A stretch of DNA of 64,000 nt from Octopus sinensis. Its lineage: Eukaryota. The stretch covers positions 45,384,001 through 45,448,000 of the forward strand of contig NC_043008.1 in NCBI RefSeq assembly GCF_006345805.1, written 5' to 3'. The position numbers and the translations under genes are program-made. The notes beneath the pieces were generated by a model. The model was not told where the DNA came from. It saw only the letters and a program-made list of their open reading frames with translations, and did no database searches. Within the stretch, counting starts at the first letter, position 1, and the number at the start of each line of letters is the position of its first letter. This document shows, one piece after another, positions 1-12,445 of this stretch.

Positions 1-199
1 AGAGAGTTCAATATCAAAGTCACATTCAGTGTCTACTGTGGGGGTAAATATGACTAGTGATGGATCTTACACGAACATACTACTGAGATGGCAATGATAT
101 TAAAGAGAATAAGATGACGGGTTGTATTCCTATACATTTTGAATGAGAGAGAAAGAGAGAGAGAGAGGGAGAGACAAACCAATCTGCTTCAGAGGAGTC

Positions 200-627
200 G
201 TTTGTTCTTAGCAATCTGGACTATTGCTTGCAATTATGGTTTCCACACAGTATTAAAGCGACAAAAGCAATCCAATGTGTCATTTCTAAAAAATAACACC
301 CAGAGTTGTACCAGTCAACAAAGTGGTCACCGCTGCATAGTCCAGATGTTTGTCGTCGCCATCAAAAAAAGAAAACCAAAAAAAAAACCCAGCTGCAATT
401 TAGGTTCCAAAGAACTTGTGAAATCTACATGGAATAAATGTAAAGGGGTTCAAGATGCATCTAGAGACTCTGTTTTCTGATATCCAGGATGAACCGACAT
501 CACTGCAAGAAACGTAAGGGAAAACAGTGGAAGTAAACTATCTTATTCATCAAAGTTTAAGTACAGGAATGATGAAGCAATTCAAATATTGTCCTATCAT
601 GGCAATAGCCCACGCACTGGAACTAGT
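200..627 (+). mobile_element. Degraded 3' end of a CR1-group LINE (older relative of the element at 18480-23730)
   Basis: Translates in pieces to VLSNLDYCLQLWFPH and FKMHLETLFSDIQDEPTSLQE, matching VLSHFDYCSQLWSP and FKMKLDLFLSSVPDEPTSRQE in ORF 22419..23639. The end atggcaatagcccacgcactggaactag resembles that element's 3' UTR atggccacagctcataagctgaaactag. Confidence 0.7.
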
Positions 628-689
628 GAAAGAGTAATGTACAAGCACGCACCCATATACACATACACGCACTTATTAGGTTTGTCCTC

Positions 690-1480
690 CATGCTACTGA
701 CTAAGTCATTTTTAGAATCATCTTTACAATTTCTGGTTCCTGAAATAGCATGAAATTCTGGCATGGAATCAGCAGTTCCAACAGAAATACAAAATACCTG
801 AGTTAGGTCTATAGCTTTCCCGTTGCTCTCGTCTCCTTAGCTTCTTCGCCCATATCATATTTAGAGTGATGTACTCCAGGGTACACAACACTACGATACT
901 GTTATCGTTGCGTTCAATTCATCATCAATAAAAAAAAACCTTGACAGTGTACTTCCAAGGATGGTGAGCAATTCTATGTCTGCCGAACGTTAGTTGTTGA
1001 CTGTCAGGAGTGGTTCAATATAAGATTTTCCGAGAGCGAGTTGGTACAAGACTTCGATGTTTTGATACTGATTCTGAGGAGGCCGAAGTTATCTCAGGCT
1101 ACAGTAAAGTTGTCTAAGTTTGGTTGAACCTCCTGTTTGCATTCAGAACATAATCATCTGCATTGAAGGAACTTCCTTGTGGTAGTGAACCTGCTTTTCA
1201 TTATTGCTTTGAAGTGGCTGGTGTTAAAAATGTCACTATCATATCTGATATTTTGGTGTTTAATGGGAGAATGCACGTGAAGCAGTGCGTGAAACATCAA
1301 GCTGAAGTGCGAGGTACTAGTACACAAACCTGCTTCATACTATAGGGAACAGCGAAAAGTGACGATAATTCTCTCTCATTCAAGACATGAGCTAGCATGC
1401 CATTGCCAAATTAATGTGTTATGTTCATAAACTTGTCTATGCAACAAAATTTCTTCATTATTTTCCAAAAGCCTAGTCTG
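690..1480 (-). mobile_element. Degraded RTE (BovB-like) LINE reverse transcriptase fragment
   Basis: The minus strand gives frameshifted RTE-like motifs: KQ(G/V)CVL..., IRYDSDIFNTSHFKA, NADDYVLNA, DNFGL, ILGSTLSR...IDDELNA. Same type as 29261-30595. Confidence 0.65.
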
Positions 1481-1569
1481 TTTACACTACCACACATTCC
1501 CTAACATCATTTTATTTCTGTCCTTATTACGTACGTGGTCAATTACATTTATTTCTCTTCTTTCATCAT

Positions 1570-1626
1570 TTCTCTCTCCTCTCTCTCTCTGCTAATCCAC
1601 ACACACACACACACACGCATATATAC

Positions 1627-1665
<39 letters not shown>

Positions 1666-1725
1666 TGTGCGTGCGTGCGTGCGTGCGTGCGTGTGTGTGC
1701 GTGCGTGCGTGTGTGCGTGTGTCTG
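1570..1725. repeat. Compound microsatellite (CT)n/(CA)n/(GCGT)n
   Basis: Seen directly. Confidence 0.9.
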
Positions 1726-2004
1726 TATGCCTGATAACATTCAACAGAAAATATACAAGTCAATTCATTGCAAATCAAGAAATATGTCAGACAACTTAGT
1801 ACGAAAGAAACTAAGTAAGGCGACATAGAAAAGCTCTAAATAAATCATATTAAATTAAGTAAACGAGATTTCAGTTTTCATGATGTTTCCTTTATCGGCT
1901 CTTTCTTTAATTTTTAAGAAAACTGGTGTCTTCAGAGTAAGAGTACAGCTGACGAACGTACAATTTCGTTAAATATAGCTAAAGTGCATATATACTTTAC
2001 TTAT

Positions 2005-2386
2005 TTACTTGTTTCAGTTATTTGATTGCGGCCATGCTAGAGCACCGCCTTTAGGCAACCAAATCGACCCCAGCACTTATTCTTTGTAAGCCTATTACTT
2101 ATTCTATCGGGCTCTTTTGCCAAACCGCTAAGTTACGGGGACGTGAACACACCAGCATCGGTTGTCAAGCGATGTTGAGGGGACATACACAGACACACAC
2201 AAACACACACACACACATATATATATATACGACGGACGTCTTTCAGTTTCCGTCTACCAAATCCACTCACAAGGCTTTGGTCGCCCCGAGACTATAGTAG
2301 AAGACACCTGCCCAAGGTGCCAGGCAGTGGGAATGAACTCAGGCTGGTAAGCAAGCTACTTACCACACAGCCACTCCTGCGCCTAT
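2005..2386 (-). mobile_element. tRNA-derived SINE (octopus-type family A), near full length, with an internal (CA)/(TA) tract
   Basis: The minus strand starts ggcgcaggagtggctgtgtggtaag (A-box-like TGGCnnnnTGG), followed by a B-box-like gagttcattccc. The body is shared with copies at 28220, 43221-44082 and 49420. Confidence 0.85.
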
Positions 2387-2393
2387 ATGTATG

Positions 2394-2440
<47 letters not shown>

Positions 2441-2482
2441 GTATATATATATATATATATGTATGTATGTGTATATATATAT

Positions 2483-2549
<67 letters not shown>

Positions 2550-2633
2550 TGAGAGATACTATATTATACGAATGCATATTCGTACATGCACAATACACAT
2601 ATATAGAAGAAAATAAGTGCAGCCAAGCATAAA

Positions 2634-2720
<87 letters not shown>

Positions 2721-2755
2721 TAGAGAGAGAGAGGGAGGAGAGAGAAAGAGAGAGG
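2387..2755. repeat. Compound microsatellite (TA)n/(GA)n/(GT)n
   Basis: Seen directly. Confidence 0.9.
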
Positions 2756-2829
2756 CAGTGACTTTGATGCTTCGGCCTACTTGATGGTACCAATCTGTGG
2801 CAATGTGACATTCCGGTTTTAAAGCTGAT

Positions 2830-3340
2830 TTTTGGGGGATGCGGTGGGGGATTACCTGATGATGGTGCATCGTATATAGGAATTAAGCGTGGTAAAAGCC
2901 AGTTTGGAGGGAGACAGAGAAGAAGTTAAGTACGGCCAACGTAGAAGGACAGGAAGAAAGTGTATCTCTATAGTTCAGGTTGGACAGGAAAGGAGGGTAT
3001 AAAAAATTTATCCAATTTTTAAAAAAAGTGTTTATTTGATAGCAAAGTCAGGATTAATTAAATTTTGCGAGTGCTTGTTTTTGTTCTTTTAATCGTTGCT
3101 CTCTTGGTTCAGTAGAGAATCCGTGTAAAATCTGAAACTTAGATTTGTCTTGGAATTCATGTGGAACGTAGCTCACATTCAAGGAACAATTTTTGCCGAA
3201 TGATGGTTAGTGAGTGGTTAGAGATAGCTATTATGCTATTTAAGGTTTCATACAAGAAGGCTTATAAATATTACTGTAACAGCTTTAGGTTTTATTCGAA
3301 GAGAAGTCAATGGTAGGTCAAATTTAGTAGTTAGTGGTAA
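2830..3340 (-). mobile_element. Possible highly degraded CR1/L2-type LINE 3' fragment
   Basis: Weak, heavily frameshifted resemblance to the LINE RT C-terminal region. Confidence 0.3.
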
Positions 3341-3429
3341 AGGAGTGCGTCTAAGTAATCGGTTATCTGAAGAAAAAAAACAAAACAGAAACCAAAGAAA
3401 GGCGCAACGAACTAACAATGAATGTTACG

Positions 3430-3860
3430 AGCTTGTAGTGACTCAGCGATGTCCAGTACTACCAAGCTCAACATCCTGGTGACTGACTTAGAGTAATGAG
3501 GAATGTATCTCCACTATGCCAACCACAAGAACGCCAACAACACATCCAGCACTACATATTCCGAATGCAACGCTCCAGAAACACACAATATGACAGAATC
3601 AGAGTGTACAAAGGAGCAAAAACAAGATTCGAACGCATTCTAAGTGATGACGAAAACGGTATATGCCACCTATATCGCAACAAGTTCTGGAATAGGTTAG
3701 AGAGAGACACCAACAAAAGAAATAAAACCAATACTTGGTATGATAACAAGAAATTTCATTGTGTAATGTTTGTTGACGCTACACCTAAGAACGAATTATG
3801 TAAGGCATTCAAGAAAATCCTGCACACAACTGGCATAAGATCAAGGTTGTGGAAAAGACA
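3430..3860 (+). mobile_element. Penelope-like element relic (RT C-terminal/linker region)
   Basis: SAMSSTTKLNILVTDL..MRNVSPLC...ERQQHIQHYIFRMQ...LYRNKFWNRLER...WY...VMFVDATPKNEL is collinear with the PLE relic at 45456-46072 (SALSYNTKINIMIADLVRIMNNVFPLC, VMFVEVTPHGEL). Confidence 0.75.
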
Positions 3861-3971
3861 GGTCTTTGTGTGTTTCTTAAATGGCTTATAAACACCTTCC
3901 ACGCTGCAATTGTTTTCGTTCCAGCACACTATCTCAGATCAAGTTAATCGCTATGCAAGTACATCTCCGTA

Positions 3972-4044
<73 letters not shown>

Positions 4045-4637
4045 TAAATTAGAGATAAAACCACTATTAGGCAAATCATACAATGAAAACCTTAAGCCAA
4101 TACATAGGATTAATTAATTTCTATTATTTTAAATATATATCAAAATTATTAAAAAATGATATATATATATAAATTCATCCCCACTTTACTTATATATTTC
4201 GTAATTTAACATAAATTTTTATATAATATTATAGAGTGAAGTCCCTATATTAATTTCCTTATTGATTTTTACTGTCCAACCTACAAGTAGTTAACCTTGG
4301 ATTATTATTTTATTTTTTTGTTTACATTTATATACTTTTGCCTGCTTTATTGTGGTTGGGTAATGGACAACTGATAACATAAACAACAAATTCATGACCT
4401 TTCAAAACAATAGATGATCAATTAGATTACAGGACTGACCATAAGCGACCAACCATGTTCCCGCTGGCTTTCACCAACTCCATAAAGAAGAAGTAACGGA
4501 AAATAAAAAAAAGTATCTTGATTAATACTCGGAAATTTATTACTTTTAGTAGCGTAACTAATATCAAAAGTATTAATATAAACTCTAACCCACTTATTAT
4601 TGACCTTTATCTCAAGCCCTCATAGGAAACATATCGC

Positions 4638-4707
<70 letters not shown>

Positions 4708-5029
4708 ATATACCACATATATATACATACATACAAACGCACACACACACATACACACACACATATATATATATATACATATATGTATATACATATATAT
4801 ACATATATATGTATATACATTATATATGTATATACATATATATATGTATATACATATATATAATTATATATACATATACAAATATAAGAGAGTGGTCAAT
4901 ATATTGCTCACTCTAGCACCAGTTAATCCAAAGGTTTCAACCACGAAGATACATGTTTCCCATGAAAGCCAGTACGACTGTTAGCTCACACGGACAGGGC
5001 ACGTAAAAAATACAAAAATACAGATTATT

Positions 5030-5103
5030 TTGGGACATTTTCGCTATTAATGAATTAAATGTAATATTACTTACAAAAAATCCATTTGTAGCTCGTCAGC
5101 CAA
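5030..5103 (-). ncRNA. Type I hammerhead ribozyme, unit 1 (stem III damaged)
   Basis: CUGACGA core and GCUA/UAGC stem II are present, but the region reads GAAAAUGUC instead of GAAACAAUUGUC. Confidence 0.6.
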
Positions 5104-5555
5104 GACTATCTGGATGAAATCCACTCAATCACACGCCAGATTTTACCATAACGATAAATACGCGTGTGGTTCAATTGATTACATCCGACGTTATATTCAA
5201 ATGCCCCAACCACAGCGCGCCAAACTTTCACGGACAACAATACAGCATTTAGAAATAAATGCAGCATAATTATAATTATTAATAAGGGTGAGAGAATTAG
5301 ATACTAATTTAATAGTATATTTATTCAACACCAAGTGGCCTAGTGCTACGAGAAACCTGGATTATTATAATTTTTATAACATATTACAATACTTTTACAA
5401 AACAAATATAAGAGATGGTCAATATATTGCTCACTCTAGCACCAGTTAATCCAAAGGTTTCAACCCGAATATACATGTTTTCCCACATGAAAGCCAGTAC
5501 GACTGTTAGCTCACACGGACAGGGCAAGTAAAAAATAACAAAAATACAGATTATT

Positions 5556-5632
5556 TTGGGACAATTGTTTCGCTATTAATGATTAAATGTAATATTACTT
5601 ACAAAAAAATCCATTTGTAGCTCGTCAGCCAA
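5556..5632 (-). ncRNA. Type I hammerhead ribozyme, unit 2 (intact core)
   Basis: UUGG-CUGACGA-GCUA..UAGC-GAAA-C-AAUU-GUC|CCAA. Confidence 0.85.
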
Positions 5633-6081
5633 GACTATCTGGATGAAATCCACTCAATCACACGCCAGATTTTACCATAACGATAAATACGCGTGTGGTT
5701 CATTGATTACATCCGACGTTATAATTCAAATGCCCCAACCAACAGCGCGCCAAACTTTCACGGAAAAAATACAGCATTTAGAAATAAATGCAGCATAATT
5801 ATATTAATTAATACGGTGAGAGAATTAGATACTAATTTAATAGTATATTTATTCAACACCAAGTGGCCTAGTGCTACGAGAAACCTGGATTATTATAATA
5901 TTTATAACATATTACATACTTTTACAAAACAAATATAAGAGAGTGGTCAATTATTGCTCACTCTAGCACCAGTTAATCCAAAAGGTTTCAACCACGAAGA
6001 TACATGTTTCCCATGAAAGCCAGTACGACTGTTAGCTCACACGGACAGGGCAAGTAAAAAATAACAAAAATACAGATTATT

Positions 6082-6159
6082 TTGGGACAGTTGTTTCGCT
6101 ATTAATGAATTAAATGTAATATTACTTACAAAAAAATCCATTTGTAGCTCGTCAGCCAA
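6082..6159 (-). ncRNA. Type I hammerhead ribozyme, unit 3 (loop III AACU variant)
   Basis: Same core as unit 2; one substitution breaks the loop palindrome. Confidence 0.75.
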
Positions 6160-6606
6160 GACTATCTGGATGAAATCCACTCATCACACTCCAGATTTTA
6201 CCATAACGATAAATACGCTTGTGGTTCAATTGATATACATCCGACGTTATAATTCAAATGCCCCAACCAACAGCGCGCCAAACTTTCACGGAAAACAATA
6301 CAGCATTTGAAATAAATGCAGCATAATTATAATTAATTATAAGGGTGAGAGAATAGATACTAATTTAATAGTTATCTTTATTCAACACCAAGTGGCCTAG
6401 TGCTACGAGAAACCGGATTATTATAATATTTATAACATATTACAATACTTTTACAAAACAAATATAAGAGAGTGGTCAATATTGCTCACTCTAGCACCAG
6501 TTAATCCAAAAGGTTTCAACCACGAAGAACATGTTTCCCATGAAAGCCAGTACGACTGTTAGCTCCACGGACAGGGCATGTAAAAATAACAAAAATACAG
6601 ATTATT

Positions 6607-6683
6607 TTGGGACAATTGTTTCGCTATTAATGAATTAAATGTAATATTACTTACAAAAAATCCATTTGTAGCTCGTCAGCCAA
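6607..6683 (-). ncRNA. Type I hammerhead ribozyme, unit 4 (intact core)
   Basis: UUGG-CUGACGA-GCUA..UAGC-GAAA-C-AAUU-GUC|CCAA. Confidence 0.85.
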
Positions 6684-6713
6684 GACTATCTGGATGAAAT
6701 CCACTCAATCACA

Positions 6714-7535
6714 CGAAACAATTGTCCAAAAAATCTGTATTTTTGTTATTTTTTACTTGCCCTGTCCGTGTGAGCTAACAGTCGTCTGAGCTTTCATGGA
6801 AACATGTATCTTCGTGGTTGAAACCTTTTGGATTAACTGGTGCTAGAGTGAGCAATATATTGACCACTCTCTTATATTGGTTTTGTAAAGTATTGTAATA
6901 TGTTATAAAATATTATAATATCCAGGTTTCTCGTAGCACTAGGCCACTTGGTGTTGAATAAATATACTATTATAGTACTGATTCTCTCACCCTTATTATT
7001 AATTATAATTATGCTGCATTTATTTCTAAATGCTGTATTTGTTTTCCGTGAAAGTTTGGCGCGCTGTTGGTTGGGGCATTTGATTATAACGTCGATGTAA
7101 TCAATTGAACACACGCGTATTTATCGTTATGGTAAAATCTGGCGTGTGATTGAGTGGATTTCATCCAGATAGTCTTGGCTGACGAGCTACAAATGGATTT
7201 TTTGTAAGTAATATTACATTTAATTCATTAATAGCGAAACAATTGTCCCAAAATAATCTGTATTTTTGTTATTTTTTACTTGCCCTGTCCGTGTGAGCTA
7301 ACAGTCGTACTGGCTTTCATGGGAACATGTATCTTCGTGGTTGAAACCTTTTGGATTAACTGGTGCTAGAGTGAGCAATATATGACCACTCTCTTATATT
7401 TGTTTTTGTAAAAGTATTGTAATATGTTATAAAATATTATAATAATCCAGGTTTCTCGTAGCACTAGGCCACTTGGTGTTGAATAAATTATACTATTAAA
7501 TTAGTATCTAATTTCTCTCACCCTTATTAATTAAT
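6714..7535 (+). repeat. Inverted arm of the same 525-bp repeat (about 1.55 units)
   Basis: Reverse complement of the 4881-6715 units. It begins at cgaaacaattgtcc and ends at a (TA)n tract. Confidence 0.95.
7175..7251 (+). ncRNA. Type I hammerhead ribozyme in the inverted arm (intact; predicted cleavage after C7247)
   Basis: ttgg(7175) CTGACGA(7179-85) GCTA ... TAGC GAAAC(7236-40) AATT GTC(7245-47) ccaa. Stem II is extended by aatggatt/aattcatt and tgtaa/ttaca. Confidence 0.88.
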
Positions 7536-7592
7536 TAAATATACATATATATATATAGGTATATATATATATGTATTTACATATGTATATAC

Positions 7593-7639
<47 letters not shown>

Positions 7640-7687
7640 TATATATATACACATATATATATAATATATACATATACACACACACAT

Positions 7688-7832
7688 ATAGGGCATTTCC
7701 CGTCTGACCTACGTATATATCTTCACACAATTTGGGCATTTAATGCAGTAAATTAAATTTCTGCTTTTGCAGTTCATATTCGCTGGCGTTTGTGTATATT
7801 TTCCCGGTTTTTTGTGTTTATATATTAGCCGG
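7688..7832 (-). mobile_element. Penelope-type GIY-YIG endonuclease fragment
   Basis: The minus strand reads [17 protein letters not shown] / [12 protein letters not shown] with one frameshift, the PLE GIY-YIG signature. Confidence 0.85.
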
Positions 7833-7840
7833 TATGTCTG

Positions 7841-7844
<4 letters not shown>

Positions 7845-7878
<34 letters not shown>

Positions 7879-8263
7879 CATTATATTATATATATATATA
7901 TATACATTATATATACACATATATATATATATTATATATAATATATATATTATATATCTAATACATATAAATAAATATATATATACATATATATTACATA
8001 TATATAATACATATATATATATATACTATATCAATCTACATACTACATACTATATATACATTATATATATAGATACATATATATATCTACATATATATAT
8101 ATATACATATTATATATATATACATATATATATATATATACTATATATATATATAATACTATATATATATATACATATTATAATATATATATACCTATAT
8201 ATATATATAATACATATATATATATATATAGATATATATATACATATATATATATATATACTA

Positions 8264-8296
<33 letters not shown>

Positions 8297-8334
8297 TATT
8301 ATATATATATATATATATACATATTATATACATA

Positions 8335-8378
<44 letters not shown>

Positions 8379-8442
8379 TATATAACATATATAATTATAT
8401 ATTATATATATATATAATATACATATATATATATATATATAC

Positions 8443-8489
<47 letters not shown>

Positions 8490-9148
8490 CATATATATAC
8501 ATATATATATACATATCTAATTATCTTATATATAATATACATCTGATATATATAATATACATATATATAACTAATAAATATATACATATATATATATATA
8601 ATATATATATATACTATTAATATATATAGTATATACATCCTATACATATATATACATATATCTCTATATACATATCTATATGTCTATATATATATCGCAT
8701 ATATATCGTACATATATATATTTACTATATCTATATGTATATATCATATCTATGTCATATATATATGTATATGTCTATCTCTATACTGTCTATTCTATCT
8801 ATATGTATATATATTCTGTATATAATCTATGTATATCTATATTATGTCCACTATTCTATACTATGTATATACTATATCATGTCTCTCTCTATCTCTGTCT
8901 ATCTATCTACTATGTCTATATCTATCAATATGTCTATTATCTATATATGTATATATATATCTATAAGTATCTCTCTATATATTTATATATATATCCTGTA
9001 TATATATATATATATGTATTATATATATCTGTATATATTCTATCTATGTCTCCTATATATATATGTATATATATATATATGTATGATATATATATGTATA
9101 TATATGTATATATATATACCTATATATATGTATATATATCTATATATT

Positions 9149-9213
<65 letters not shown>

Positions 9214-9541
9214 TATATATATATATATATGTTATATATAATCTATATAATGTATATATATATATATTTAGTATATCTATATATTATATATATTATATGT
9301 ATATGATATATGTATATATATACTATTTGTAATATATATATATGTTATAATATATATATGTATATATATATGTATTATATATATATGGATATATTATATA
9401 TGTATATATCTATATATGTATATATATATATATCATATATGTTGTATATATATATATATGTATATATAATTATATATATGTATATATATATATTATATAT
9501 GTATATATATGTATAATTATATATTATATATATATATTATG

Positions 9542-9628
<87 letters not shown>

Positions 9629-10006
9629 GATATATATATATGTATATATATATATATATGTATATATAATATAATGTATATATAATATATTGTATAATAT
9701 GTTATATATGATATGTATATATATGTATATATTTATATGTATATATATAATATGTATATATATATATATGTATAATATATATATATGTATACTATATGTA
9801 TATATCTATCTGTATATATATATATGTATATCTATATATATGTATAATATATATAATTGTATATTATATAGATGTATATATATATTATATGTATATATAT
9901 TATATATGTATAGTTATTATATATATGTATATATATTATATGTATATATATATATATGGTATATATAGATATATGTATATTATATATATATGTAATATAT
10001 ATAATG
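7845..10006. repeat. 2.1-kb irregular (TA)n array
   Basis: Seen directly; TACA-interrupted in the left part and TATG-interrupted in the right part. Confidence 0.95.
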
Positions 10007-12178
10007 TATCAGGACCGAGCTATCAAATGTTTGACTGGTCCTTTACACATACACACATCTCCACCAACCATAAAACATCTTGGCATATTTTGTAGACCCG
10101 TCACAGACATATGTGCAAAACACTCCCCACCAGACCTGTGAACAAAAGTGCAGATCCCCCAAAACAGAAAACCATTATCAGAAAAATAAAAAGAACACAA
10201 ACAAAAAATTAACAAACTAAAGTACTGCCAACAGCAACACACACATTCGACGGCTATCGCACTGCTTGAATCCAAAAATATAACCTCCAACAATGCATGA
10301 AGACCCTCATCAATAACCAAGATCAGCTGAGGAGAAGTGGGCCATTGAAAAAATTCAAACTCAACCCCAAAGTGTTCTTTTCATTTGCGAGGAAACGCAG
10401 GGTCACTGTCTCCACTTGACGAAACTGGCACCCTCCAAGATAATGCCAAATCCATGCCGAGATACTGCAGAAACAATACTGCTCTGTTTTCACAGCAATC
10501 CTGATATGGCCGATCTGGCTGTATCAGTGATGTCAACCCCAACACACTATATCGGACATAACGTTTAGTTGCCCCTGATGTCTTAGCGGCGATAAACGAA
10601 ATAAAACACAATTCAGCAGTAGGCCCGATAGGTTCCCTGCTGTGTCCTGAAGGTGTGTCGACACCAACTTGCATCTCCCCTTGCTAATCTGTGGAGAAAC
10701 TCACTGGATGCTGGCTATATTCCAAAAAACCTTCTGTCCCAGTCTGTTGTCCCAGTTTTCAAAAGGGAAACAAGTCCTTGCAGTGAATTACCGTCCGATC
10801 TCACTCACCTCTCACTCATCAAGGTATTTGAGAGGGTGGTGAGATCTCGAATAACCCAATTTCTGGAAAGCAACAGACGGCTGATCTCCAACCAACATGG
10901 GTTCCGTCCGTATGGAAGGACTGCCTAACGCAGCTCCGCATCACTTTTAGACATTTGAGAGCTTTGGGAGAGGGCTCCAACACCGATGTCATCTACCTTG
11001 ATCTCAGTAAGGCCTTCGACAGGTCGATCACAAGATCCTATTGAAAAAAACTATCCAACATTGGTGTCTCTGGAAAGTTACTGAAATGGATTAAGTGTTT
11101 CCTGACAGACAGATCTCAACATGTTTTAGTTTGAAGGGTAAAATCAAGCCCACCAGCCAAAGTCAGTAGTGGCGTTCGCAAGGCACTGTGCTGGGCCCCA
11201 CTTCTTTTCATCATTTACATTAATGACATTAGACATCATCAAGCACAGCAACATAAAATCTTTGCAGATTGACTCCAATCTACAGAAGGTCATAAATGAA
11301 GGCGAGTGACCGGACATGCCTTCCAGTCAGATCTACTGGCTGTTATCCAATGGGCAGAAAAAAACAATATGCTGGCTGAACGAGGATAAATTTGAGCTAA
11401 TCCACTTTGGAAAAGAGGATGCCCTGAAACTCCATACTCCCCTTCCTTCGGTGAAACTCTCGCGGCGTCCAACAACACAAGACTTGGGAGAATTGTGGAC
11501 AACAACGTAAGCTGGGCCACTCATATAAACACCAAAGTTGACATGCCGCAGAATGTGTTCCTGGATTTCAGAACTTCCAGTCGAGAGATATCCACACCAT
11601 TATCCTTCTCTTCTCCACTTTTGCCCGACCCCACCTTGAATACTGTTGTCCACTGTGGTCTCCCCACACACAATACAAGGTATCATAAAAGTTGAAGCAC
11701 CTCAAAGGGCAATCACAAAAAGATAGATGGCATGACAGGCCTCGACTATTGGGGTCGACTAGAAAAGCTAAACTCTTCTCTCCAACGTCGTCGTGAGCGC
11801 TACATCATCTGCATGATGTGGAAAATATTCCATCAGCATTGCCCAAATGATGTTGGCATCACCTTTAAGGTACATCCAAGGCTTGGGCCCCGTGCCATCC
11901 GCCCAAAACAAAAATCGCACTCTCATCTCATAACAACAATACGGCACAATTATTTCACCTCAATTGGCCCCGCTCTCTTAACATTACACACAAAACACAT
12001 TAAAACAGAAACTGACCCTATAGGGTTCAAGAAGTCTTTCGACAGATTCCTTCAAGAAATCCCGGATAAACCCCCTACACCGGATATGTCTCTGTAAACA
12101 ATAACTCTCTACTTGAGTGGGCCATAGTGCCCAAATTCTGACTTGAAAGACTTCACCAGGTGGTGCTATTAAGTTAGA
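10007..12178 (+). mobile_element. 5'-truncated, frameshifted CR1-group LINE (family B), RT and C-terminal region
   Basis: Pieces read WAIEKI, SVVPVFK, IKVFERVVR..NQHGFR, DVIYLDLSKAFD, QGTVLGP.LFIIYIND, LQRRRERY, FDRFLQEIPDKP. The 3' UTR is shared with 47109-47350. Confidence 0.9.
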
Positions 12179-12180
12179 CA

Positions 12181-12212
<32 letters not shown>

Positions 12213-12232
12213 CATATATATATTACATATAC

Positions 12233-12274
<42 letters not shown>

Positions 12275-12297
12275 TATATATATATATATATATATAC

Positions 12298-12359
<62 letters not shown>

Positions 12360-12364
12360 ATATG

Positions 12365-12432
<68 letters not shown>

Positions 12433-12445
12433 ATAATATATATAT

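Larger units (their letters stand above)
4881..6715 (-). repeat. Tandem array, about 3.5 units of about 525 bp, each with a hammerhead ribozyme on the minus strand
   Basis: The unit start aatataagag(ag)tggtcaat recurs at 4881, 5405, 5932 and 6461 (spacing 524-529). Units differ mainly by small indels. No protein similarity seen. Confidence 0.95.

Noticed and set aside
1945-1982. CTGACGA-ACG..CGT-TAAATATA hammerhead-like string
   Set aside because: The GAAA core is absent and there is no convincing stem I or III.
8178-10095. Long Y/I/C/M/H-rich ORFs here and at 47172-48465, 50829-51958 and 54136-55687
   Set aside because: These are translations of (TA)n/(CA)n microsatellites that lack stop codons; not genes.
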